From Monocercomonoides exilis PA203 (lineage: Eukaryota; Protista; Preaxostyla), in the NCBI GenBank assembly GCA_001643675.2, contig LSRY02000004.1:930001-994000 (forward strand): 64,000 bases of DNA. Direction: 5' to 3'. Position 1 is the first letter of the stretch. Each line of letters starts with the position of its first letter. The notes beneath the pieces were generated by a model. That model did not search any database. It was not told the origin of the DNA and was given only the letters and a program-made list of their open reading frames with translations. Positions 9,780 to 21,400 of the stretch are shown piece after piece. Made by a program: the position numbers and the translations under genes.

Positions 9780-12700
9780 TGGATACTCACATACGTTTTA
9801 AAGAAATGCAAATGACAGAAATTGAAGTTGAAAATACAGAATTGAAGAAACATATTATGGAGATTCAAGGTGACATCAATAAAGCCTCCTCTGAATTAAA
9901 ACAATTGAAAATGGATTTTGATGCTTGTTATTTTTCTGATTTTTTGATTTTTTATAATGAAATGTTTTTGAATTAAAATTAGAAAGATCTTGGAGAGATT
10001 GAATGCGAAAGGAAAAGATTGGAAGATGAACTTTGTTCTTTGAAAGAAGATGTTCGCCCAGCTCAATACGTTGGGAAAAGAATACGTGAACTGTATCGTT
10101 TATTTTTCCAAATACATTGATACGTTTTATTTTGCGATTATTTGAACCTCTCAAGGTACATCGAAATTAATTCTAAAAAAATTGAAAAATCTGACGAATT
10201 CGACGAACAGCGAGAACTTGATGAAATTAATAAGATGAACATACCAACTGTTATGGAGGCTTTTGGGTTTGCTTCATCTATTTTAAATTTAAGATATTTT
10301 TTTATTCACTTTTCTTCAAAAAATATTTCATAAATCGAAATTAATCTTGTCTGTAATCTTTTTTCTTCTTTGGTTTAAATGTAATATGTTTACACAGCCA
10401 AGAGCTGCATATTTTAAAATCGTTTCGAGATAACTATGAGACTTTAGTTGTTGCTGAAGCACTGAGAGAAAAAGAAAATGATACTAACTTAATTAGAAAA
10501 TTACAGGATGAAGTTAAAAAACTTGTATGTCAAAAATATTTATTCAATAATTGCATATTATTTACTGTCATCTTTGTGCAAAACTGTTCAATTTATGCAT
10601 GGATTTTTCTTTTCTTTTCTTTCTTTCTTTCTTTCTTTTTGTATTCATATTCATGTGTATCTTTTTTGGAAATGAATGTCCAAAATTAAATTAGAGGGAA
10701 CTTGTCACAAAAATGACACTTGAAAAATCAGAAGCACTCGATAAAGCAGACATTCCTAAAAGGATAGCTATTGACACTGCACACGTTACCATTGATGTGC
10801 TTAAAGAAGGTCTGCACCAAAGTATCAATAAACAAAATAAAAATAGAAGAATTGATATTCACAAAAAATTGATTTCTATCGTTGTTTTTTCTGACAATTT
10901 TGTTGAACGCAGATAATACGAGTTTGATTGAGCAATTACTTTCAATGAAGCAGGAATTGTGCAAAATTAGAGAGGCCATAAGCGAATCGGAAAAGACGAT
11001 TCACATACAGCAAATGAAGATGAGGCAAATTGGGCAATACGAGGCACGCACTTATTATTATCATTATTGTTTTCATTTTCGAAATTTTAATAATATTTGT
11101 GAATATGAACAATCTGGTCGATGTTATTATAAAATTTTTTCTTTCTTTCTTTCTTTCTTTAAATGTTACACCTTCTTACAGGCCCAACTGCACTCACAGA
11201 AAATGCAGCAAGCGCACCGAATCCAGCAGCTTCTTAACCATGTCAGCCAGCAACAGGCTGAACGGAGGCAGATTGAAGACTACATCGGAGAAGTGGAAGC
11301 TGAATGTGATAGATTTGAACGAGAGCTGGAGGAGATCAACGAAGCTGTTGATTCGATGAAGGCGGAGCAGCCGAGGCAGAAGATGAAGGAGGAGAATGCG
11401 CGCATCGGCGAAATGGAGGCGAAGCTGAAGGAGACAGACGAGAAGATGGCAAAGGCCAAAATTGAGCTGAGGAAGGCACAGCAAGCAGGGGAGATTGTGA
11501 TGAAAAAGAACAAAGAGATGAAGAACGAGTACGACAAGCTTTTTGAGTCAGCGACTGAAGCAAAGAAGCGGTTCTTGTCGGGACGAGACGATGACGACGA
11601 AGAAAGCGGACTAGCAAACGACAGAAAGAAAGGAAAAATGGCTGCAAGATCGCTTTCTTCTGCAGCTTCCTCTTCGTCTTCTTCTTCGTCAGCGAGAAGA
11701 GGGCTGAGATGGATGCGGACTGCAAAAGAGCGAGAAGCTCTTATAAAGCGTGTTGAGGCACGACTGAAGCGAGGCGAAGAGAAACGCGAGGAAGAGAAAA
11801 GAAGAAGGGAGAAGTTTGAAGGTATTTTTGCGTTTGGAAGAAACGAAAATGCAACTGATGCTGGATTGGACAAAAAACAAGGTGGAGAAGGAGAGAAAGA
11901 GGAAATAACGAAAGTTGGAGTTGGGAAAGGAAAAGAAAAGAAGGCGAAAACGGGGTTGGAAAAGGAAGGAGATGAAAAGGAAGAAGAGTTACCTGATGAA
12001 GGAAGGGTGTATGTGTCTGGGATTGTGAGTGAGATGCCTGCGACAGAGCGGGTGTACCAGCGGATTGTGGGGATGCAGAGGACGAAGATAAGAACACTGA
12101 CAGACGAAGTGAGGAGGCTGATGGCAGAGGAAAGGAGGAGTGTGATTGAGGAGGAGTCGCACAGAATGGAAAGGGCTCGCTACGAAACAGAGATCGCTGC
12201 ACTGAAAATGGACATGGTGTGTTGTTGAGAGGTTGTTAGATGGATGTGTTTTCAACATATTGCTTTCTATTTTTTTTAAAAAAAATCTTCATTGAAATGG
12301 GATTTTTCTTTTCTTTTCTTTTCTTTCTTTTATATATATATTTTTCAATTGCTTTCATAACAATAATTCCATGAACATTTGAATTCCTTTTCTTCGACAT
12401 ATCAGAAACGACAAGAAGAGATCAAAAAGCTCTCCACTCTTTTCACTTCTCCGTCTTTATCTTCAATTGCTGGCTCTGGACTCTCCTCATCTTCATCGTC
12501 TTCTATTCAATCATCATCGCTTTCATCAGCCTCATCATCATTGGCTTCTTCAGCAATGCCTTCTTCTTCCTCTTCGTCATCATCGTCCTTCTCTGCTTCT
12601 GCTGGTTCGCTTTCTCCATCTTCCCATCTTCTCCATCGCACAACTGACACAATAGAAAGATCATCTGTTCATCAGCGTGCACAGACAATTCCTCTTCAGG

Positions 12701-12954
12701 AACTTATTGCTCTGATTAAAAGGAATGACGAATTGGAAGAGTTGTATAAACAAATGAAGGTTTGAATAGTCTTTTTTCATTTCTCTTTCTCTTTCATTCT
12801 CACTTAAATTTTCATTGTCTATTCTTTTTTCTCTTTTCAGACAACACTTGCCGTGAATGAGACGATTACAGCTGCTTATGAGCGTCTTCTTTCCACTTCT
12901 TCTTCTTCTTCTTCTGTAACATCTTCGAGCACACCTTCACTTTCAGCAACTTGA
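9780..12954 (+). CDS. Multi-exon coiled-coil protein, uncharacterised (start approximate)
   Basis: Exons join in frame across AT-rich introns: MDTHIRFKEMQ.., KDLGEIECERKRLEDE.., YIEINSKK.., QELHILKSF.., RELVTKMTLEK.., DNTSLIEQLL.., AQLHSQK.., KRQEEIKK.., TTLAVNETITAAYERLLS..stop at 12954. Donors include gtatgt, gtgtgt (12217) and gtttga (12760). Heptad-like E/K/L/Q-rich sequence. Confidence 0.7.
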
Positions 12955-13525
12955 TTGTCATTTGTTGAATACTTCTTTCAATATTGTTTTTGCATTCTTA
13001 GAGATATGAATTGAAGAAAAATTCCATTGATAAGAATGATAGGAAAAGGATCATTTCGCAAGATGGAGTTGAATGGTGTTCTTTCATTGTTGTTTTCATT
13101 GAAAACCGTACCAAAAGAAAAGGAGGAAATATTGAAGTCAATATAACTAAGTATCTGAAACAACATTTGTGAAATCACAAGAGAAGAAAAGGCATAATTG
13201 AATATTTATGATCATTTGAAAGCAATTCAAATCATTTGGCTTTCCCTTCGGAACAGCGAATGTTGGCGCAAATTCAATGTCATGAAGGTTGCATCAATCG
13301 TCCAAAATGGAATCATTTTTATCATTTTCATGAGATATTGAGATTTCTTTTTGTGCTTTTCAAAGAAATTTTAAAATATTCTTGAATAAATCTTAAAATA
13401 TCACACACCCCCACAGAAGAGTGAACAATAATACAAAAAATTAATCTTGATTGCATTTTTTTGTATTCAAAAAGTTGGAAGAAAAGATAAAATATGGGCA
13501 TTCGTGATCAAATATTTTGTGAATC

Positions 13526-14679
13526 ATGTCTTCTGCAACTCCACAAGAACTTGAGCAAAAAGCAGACAAGAAAATGGGCGCTTGGTTCGGAAAGCAATCA
13601 GCTTACGATGAAGCTGGGGAGCTTTATTCCACTGCTGCAAACAAGTACAAGATTCAAAGAATGTTTGTGGAATCTGGAAAAGCTTTCGAAAAGGCTGCAA
13701 ACAGCTTCCAGAAATGCGGAAGGCCATCATTTGACGTTGCACAGCAATATTTGGAAGCAGCTAAAGTCTACAAATCAGTCAGCCACGAAGGTAAATTTTT
13801 TATTCTTTTCAATGTTTAATTATTATCCATTAATGAAATATAGATTACTTACGCTGCCAAGAAAAAGCCATTGCTATAGAAATTGAAGATTCACAAATTC
13901 GTCAAGCTGCACTTCACCTGAAACAAACTGCCGAGGCTTGTGAAGGAGCTGGAGATTTCGATAGAGCAATTGAGCATTACACTCGCTCATGCGATTTTTA
14001 TCAACTCGAAGATCAGAAAAGGTTTTTTCATTTGTTTTTGCTTAACTTCGTTGTTATTTTTTATTTGGCAAATAAATGAATGTTTAGTTCTGTCCAATCT
14101 TGCCAAACACAACTCGCAATCATTTACTCTTTGCACAAGAAAAATTATCAAAAAGCAACCGAACTTTTCGAGGCTCTTGGGGTTTGCTTTATTGAGCAAG
14201 CTAACTTGTTGCTAATCAATAACTTTTGATTTTTTTTCTGTGATTAAAAAATAAATATTTTCCTTTATAAAACAGCGAAGCTATTTGGAAACATCACTTA
14301 CACGCTTCAGTGCAAAGGAGTGCTGGTTCAAGGCGTGCATTTGCCGTTTGATGGCAAAGGACGGAGAAGCAGTGAGAGAAAAATTGAGGAGTTATGAAGA
14401 AGCCGATCCAAATTTGACCGGAACATTTGAGAAAACATTGATTGAAGTGTGTTGTGAATGATTTTTATATTTATAATAAAGCCACTTCTATTTTTCTTTC
14501 TTTTTAATTTTTTGTGAAATTAGTCACTTTGCGAAGCTGTTGACGAGGCAGACGAAGAGAAGTTCACTTCGGCCGTTGCAAATTATGACTCTGTGCATCG
14601 TCTCGATCCATGGAAGACACAAATGCTTCTTCGCATGAAAGAAGATCTCCATAAAGATGAGGAAAATCCTGATTTGTAA
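13526..14679 (+). CDS. NAPA: Alpha-soluble NSF attachment protein (alpha-SNAP/Sec17), 5 exons
   Basis: N-terminus AYDEAGELYSTAANKYK..GKAFEKAA; middle QAALHLKQTAE..RAIEHY; TRFSAKECWFKACIC; C-terminus ANYDSVHRLDPWKTQMLLRMK. These match the SNAP family consensus, and GT-AG introns restore the frame. Confidence 0.92.
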
Positions 14680-15048
14680 GAATTTGGAAAGGAAACGCTT
14701 CTTGTTTATTCCATTTAGTACAGTCAAGTTCTGTTATTATAGCAAATGCTTTTCATTTCAATATATTTTGAAATGTATTGACAAATCATGATTAATGATT
14801 TGTTTATTTTTGTTTTGAGGAAATACACGTCATTCTCACTTTGCAAGAATAAATTTAACGGATTTTCAATTGTTTTCTTACAAAAATAGAATAAGAATAA
14901 AATTTCCACAATTAAAATGAAGATTTGATTTTGAAGAAAATGCGAAATTTCCATAAGAGCTCGCTCCTTCTGTTTTGGGAAATGAAACTATTTCAAAGTG
15001 TTCAACAGGTGATTATTAGTGAAAATTGTTGACGAAAAAAGGAAATTT

Positions 15049-15049
<1 letters not shown>

Positions 15050-15102
<53 letters not shown>
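15050..15102. repeat. Poly-T homopolymer (~53 nt)
   Basis: Uninterrupted T run, seen directly. Confidence 0.9.
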
Positions 15103-15106
<4 letters not shown>

Positions 15107-15448
15107 CATAAATGTGAAGCTTATCTTTCAACTTTTTATATATTTTTTTTTATTAAATTGCTCACAATCATTGTTGTAATTGTTCATATTGAAAGATCAA
15201 AACTTTTAGAATTAAGCAATGAAATTTTTATTGTTTTAATTCCAAAATAAGATGGTTATGAATTCAAAGAAATTTGTAAAGAAATTTTTCCAAAAAAATT
15301 ATAAGGATCAAATTATTCATCAAAAATTGAAAATTTCGCAAATAACAAAAAAGCAAACACATAGAAATATATTCATCAAAACGAAAAAATTCAAAGAAAA
15401 ATGTATGAACGGAATTGTATACAAAAAACATAATCAATGAATATATAT

Positions 15449-18400
15449 TTAACTTGCGTGAAGTGGAGGAAGACAATGAGCATTTTGTTGAGGAGCTGTA
15501 CTTTCAGAAAAATACGCTTCTCTCTCCTTTTTGCCCAAAGCCTGCTTTGTGGAACTTGAATGAGTTCCTTTTTTTGAAAAGACAGTTGAAGAAGGAGTAG
15601 GAGAAATCTTTGTTCTTTTCGATGAGCTTGCTCTAAGAGTTTGCTTTCCAGCAATTTTGTGCTGCTCACTGAAAGGAGGAAGAGTAGAAGTTAGCTGAGA
15701 TTCAGTTTGGTAATCTGGATTTGAGAAGGCAGATGAAGAGGGAACAGAAATAGATTCAAAATTGTCGTTTTGGCGCTCAATCGAAAAAGTGTTGTCAAAC
15801 GATTGAAGAATCACTGAAGATCTTCGAGAAGATGAGCTTGACTGTGTTACATCCGTCTCGTGAATTGTGTGCAAAGTTTCTTGGCTTGTTGAGTGAATAT
15901 GCTTCATCAAACTTTTCAGTTCATATTCTTCTAGTTCTGGTGTGGTGTTGTAACTTGGAGTTTCTTTTTTCCTGTCATAATAATTGAAACTGGCTTCCTC
16001 ATATGATTCGGTCTTCTGACTGATACTTGGAAGACGAGTCGAACTTGACTCAGGAAATGAAGCCTGCTCCCTTTTGTGTGATTCTTTCAACAGTTTTTTC
16101 TGTCTTTCTTTGCTAGCAAACTTTCCATCCTTTTGATGATCCATTTTCTCTCCTTTTTCGTGAGTTAGTGTTCGTAATCGTGAGCGTGAATGTGTATTCG
16201 GCAGGCCAACTGAGGAATAAGTCACTTTCACCTGCTTCAGCAAAGCTTGAGAAACCTTGCTGGGTTTAACTGGAGATTGCCTGCGACTTCTCCTGTGAAG
16301 ATAATTTCTTGAAGGCGAAATTGAAGAAGAATGAGAAGAGGCTGTTGAAATAGAAGCATTGGAAGCTGTGAGTGAAGCAGTGGAAGAAGAAGCAGAAGAA
16401 AATGGAGATGAAAAAGGCTCTCCTGAAGAAGTTGCAAATGAAGAAGTTGACATGCTTTTTGGGGCAGATGAGATTGGACACTCAATAACTTGTGTGACAA
16501 GTTTCTCATCATCGTTATCTCCATTGTGGTCGTATGACTGAACAAAAGTGCTCAATTGATCAAAGTCATATACATCATCTAATTCGTTGCTTCTTTCATT
16601 TGAACTTTCATTTTCATTTTGTGGAAATTCATCACGAGTGGTATGTGTTTCTTCTTTGGGTGGAGCATCTTGTCTTGTTCTTCCTGCTGATCTGCTCAAA
16701 TTTTGACTCGAAGACAAGGAAGTATTTCGTACAAGTGTTTCATTGTGAGACTCTTCAAAGCCATCCGACGAGGTTCGAAATTCATTTCTTGAGTATTCTT
16801 CATTCTCCTTTCTCCTTTCTTCAGCAAAAGCATTTCTTTTCTTTCCGCTCGATCGAGTTTCACTGAACATCTCTTCTCTTTCTTCGCTTCTATTGCTTTG
16901 GTGCATCGTCCATCGTTTAACAGCTCCTTCAGCATCAATGCCATCTGCTTTCTCCAAACGCTCCAACGATTTCTGCGTCTCTCTCATCTTTCGTCTTCGC
17001 TCTCTTCTCTCTTTCAGCTTCTCTTCTTTAATCTCCTGCATCACACTGCTTAGAAGACAATGCTTGTCATTTGTTGAATCGTATGCGTCAAGCGCACTTG
17101 CCTCTGTTGCTGTTGTTCTTGTGCTCCATCCGGCTTCCAGACGAAGAATTCGCTCTTTCTCTTTCTTCTGCTGCATTTCTTTCTCCTTCTTTGCTTTCAA
17201 AACGCTGTTCTTTGTGCGTATTGGAGACTTTGTTTTGGGCTTTTTGAATTTCTTCTCGGCATTGATTTTTCTTTGTTCAGCTTCATCTTCTGATTCAAAT
17301 CTCAGCGATTTAAGCAATTCTGACGAACGAGCCGCAGAATTTCTGTTTGAGCTCATTCTTTCCTCCGTTTGTCTTGAATGTGAAATGACAGGTGAAGCAC
17401 AACGTTGAGGAGATGAAGACCGTGGAGGTGTGGTACCAGGAGATAAAATGGATTGTGATTGCTCGTCACTTTGAGGATGTTCAATTGGATTTTTCTGAAC
17501 TTTTGTTTTGTATCTTTTATCGAACTCATCACAACTATTTTCAGAAGCAGAATGAGAAAGAGGCAATGGAATTGAAGATGAGGTATTATGATGCTGAACA
17601 GACGAAGATGCCTCTGTTTCATTTGGTTGTGTTGTAAGAAGAGTTCTTCTTCCAACTGGCTTATTACCTTTTGTTTTACGCGGAAGACGCTTTTGAGGAG
17701 ATGCAAAGTCATTCGATAAAGGAGTCAACGAAACAGAAGAGTTACGTGTCAAAGTCGAAGAATTGCATTCCAAATTGGTAGGCTGTGAGTCACTAGTTAA
17801 ATCAACCCTTTTCGCAGAAGTATTTTCTGAATCGGGATTCGAGCTTTCAGCTGTGATATTGTCTGCTATCATGTCTATTTTCTGATCTTTTGGCTGTTCT
17901 TTTGGCTGACTTTTTGGTTGTTCTTTTATAATTTTCGGGGATAAAGTCAAATAACTTTCAAACTTTCCATTCTCATCTTGTAATTGTTTGCTAGCTTCTG
18001 TTCCATTATCGTGCATCTTTCTTCTGCTCGAATCTCTTTTTGCGACTCTTCTTTCAGAAATATCTTCAAAGTTGTTTGCTTGTTCTGTATTTCCTTCCCT
18101 ATTATTTCTTGCACTTTCTTTTTCTAGTTGCTTTAGCAGCTGCCTTTCTGTCTTTCGAATAAGACGCTCGGTTAGTCTGTCTGTTGCAGCCTCCAAACGC
18201 TCAAGTTCTTCGTTATCCAACTTGTGTGCACTGAAAATAGCATTTGGCGATGGGAATGATAAAAGTGACTGATCAGAAGCAGAAGAGGAAGAGGAAGCAG
18301 AAGAACCAGACGAAGAAGCAGTCTTTTTATACAGAGGAAGAGAAGGAACGGATGAAGTGGCTGAAGAGTGTGAAGTGCGTAAGATATTTGAAGTATCTGA

Positions 18401-21400
18401 AACATGAGATGTATTTGTGTGATCTGGTGATGTGATTTGTGGAGGTGCCGACGCAAATATCGAGGCTGACTTTACAAATGAAGACGATGAGGCAGATGAA
18501 GTGAGTGTCTTGTGAGGTGACTTGAGCGGAGGAAGACGATTTTTCGATCGGCGAGTTGAGTTCTGAGGTGAAAGAGAAACATACGACGAAGTGAGTGGAA
18601 TGTGAAGAGTGAATTGCTTTCCGAGAGGCGAAGTGAGAAGAAGAGGAGCCAAAGATACGGGATTTCCGATAGTGACTGAAGATTTTTGGTCATTTTCTGC
18701 AATGATTGGAACTGATTTGCTGTCAACTGGTTGAATAAGCCCATTTTGTTGAGTTAATTTTATTGGTGGAGCAATCACAATAGATTCCTTTACTCCTTTT
18801 GATGAATCAGCATTTGTGAATAATGTGCTGTTCAAAGGTGAGGGAGAAGGTATTGATTGTCTTTCCCCTTTCTTTTCTGAATGTTCCGTCACAATTTGTT
18901 TCAGTTTAACATTCAACGATTCAGAAGAAATTGTAACATTATCTGTTTTCTTGGCAGGCTCTTCAGTCTGCCTCTCATTTCCAATCACAACATCATCATT
19001 CATGAAGAATAGCGAAGATGACGATGAAGAATATCCTAAGTCATTGAATACTGAAACTTTTCTTTCTGTTTGCCTGAATGCTTCGATTTGTACTAAAACT
19101 GGAGATCCAACAACAATTGATGACTTAGCCTCATTTTCAATGGAATTAGGTGCTGGCAGATTATCAACAGTTGAATAAGCAACTGTAATGGGATTCATCT
19201 TAATTGCTGGTGGAACAGAAACCGATGACTTTTCAGCCTTTGAAGAATCAAGGTGTGTGAAGAAAGTTCTGTTCAAAAGCGGATGGGGCAATGATGGCGA
19301 AGCGGTTGCGTTTGACAAAGAAGATGAAGATGAAGGCATTGATGAAGGCAATGAAGAAGAGGAAGAAGAAGAAGCTGAGGTAGAAGAAGCTGAGGAGGAA
19401 GCTGAGGCTGAAGAAGAAACATCATTTACAGAAGAAACAAAAGTAGATCCTAAATCATTACCTGAAAGTTTGGGTTCATTTGAGGAACTTTCGCATGCTC
19501 TTGTTGGTTCAATGTTTCCTATGACAACATCATCATTCATGAAAAACAAAGACGACGCTGAAGATGAATAACTTTGTTCGTTAAAGCTCGAAGAATTCCT
19601 TTCTTTTGTAACAAATGCTTTCACTTCGATATAAATTGGTTCTCCGATTGTTACTGAAGATTTCACCTCGTTTTCAGTCACATTTGGCGTTGGTATACTG
19701 TCAACAGTGGAATAAGCCATTGTAATTGGATTCAATTTGATAGGAGGAGATATAATGATTGAAGATTTTTCACTTTTAGAGGCATCAAGATTGGTGAAAA
19801 AGGCTCTGTTTAAAAGAGGATGTGGGGGTGAGGGAAGTTTCATTTCTTCTGGGAATGATGAAGAGGAAGATGAAGAAAAAGCAGAAGAGGAAGAGGCAGA
19901 AGAAGGAGAAGAGGCAGCAGCAGATGAAGAAACAGATGAGGAAGCAGATGAAGATGCTAATGGTTCCAACGACGGAGCTTCGGATGTGGCCATTGAATTT
20001 AAGTCATCATCAGAAACGGTATTGTTTGATGGCATTTCAATAGGCGCAATTTCAGACAATGATTTCTCGTTCTTGTTTCCGATGACAACTTCATCGTTCA
20101 TAAAGAAAAGCGAAGAAGAGGATGATGAATAGGTAAGTTCATTGAAGTCTGATATGAATCTCTTTGGAATTTCAGAGAATTTCAATGAAATAAAATGAGG
20201 TGTGCCAACAATGACTGATGATTCGGCCGTTCTTTCGCTCAAAACAGGAACAGGAAGATTTTCCACTGATGAAAAAGCAAGTTTCAATGGATTGATCTTC
20301 AGAGAAGAAGGAAATGTGATGGAAGGTTTTTCTGCTTTTGTTGAATCTAAATTTGTGAAGAAAGCTCTATTTAAAAGAGGATGAGGTGGAGATTGCTTAA
20401 TACAAGAAGAGGGAGAAGAAGGTGAAATGGAAGAAGGAGGAGAAGAAGAACTAATTGAATATGGATCATTACATACAGATACATACGATGATGAAGTGGT
20501 TGAAGATGAGTTATGTCGAGACTCTAAGTGAGAAGATGAACGAGAAGGTAAATGTGAAGATTGTTTTTGAGCCGATGATGCTTCGCTGACTTTACTGATT
20601 TCCGAAGTGGAGATAGGCAAAGAAGAAAGTGAACTGTTTTCAGATGAATCTTCTTTGCTGCTTGATGAACTTTCATTTGCTTTTGAATTCACGTCAAAAT
20701 CTTCTTTTCCATTTGCTAAGTTACCATTCAGAAATTCCTCACTGAAAAATTTCTTGCCAGTTTTGTTCAAGAAAGATTCGGCTGCTTTCTCATTCAACAA
20801 AAGAGCACCTTTTTCATCTTCTTGTTTTGCTTCTGCTTCTGCTTTATCTTTTTGTTTCTCTGTTCCAATCACAACATCGTCATTCAAAAAGAACAGCGAA
20901 GAAGACGAAGAGGAGTAATTCAAATCATTGAAAATTGAGTGAATACGTGGTTTCTGTTCTTCACTTTGCTCAAAACACCTGCAGCTCTGTCCAATGACAA
21001 CAGAAGCCATTGCTTTACAGACTGTCACAGAAGGAACAGGAAGATCGCCAACATTTGAATAAGCCAATAGAAAAGGACTGATTAACATTGGGGCTGGAAT
21101 TACAACAGATGGTTTTTCTCCTTCTGAGCTATTCGGATTGGTGAAGAATTGCCTGTTGAGAAGAGGATGAGGAGGAGGTGGAATTTTTGATTGAGAAGGA
21201 AATGCGGTGTTGTATATCGAAGAAAGCATCAATGTTTGTGAAGCAGAGGCATCATTTGATTCGACAATGTGCATTTCTTTGTTTTCAGTCATTTCTTTTC
21301 CTGATGTTATTTTGTTGTCTGCACTTGAAGAATGTTCAATTGCTGATGCTGAGCAATTCAACGCAGAAGACAGTGAATCAGATGAATGTTGAAGAATTTC

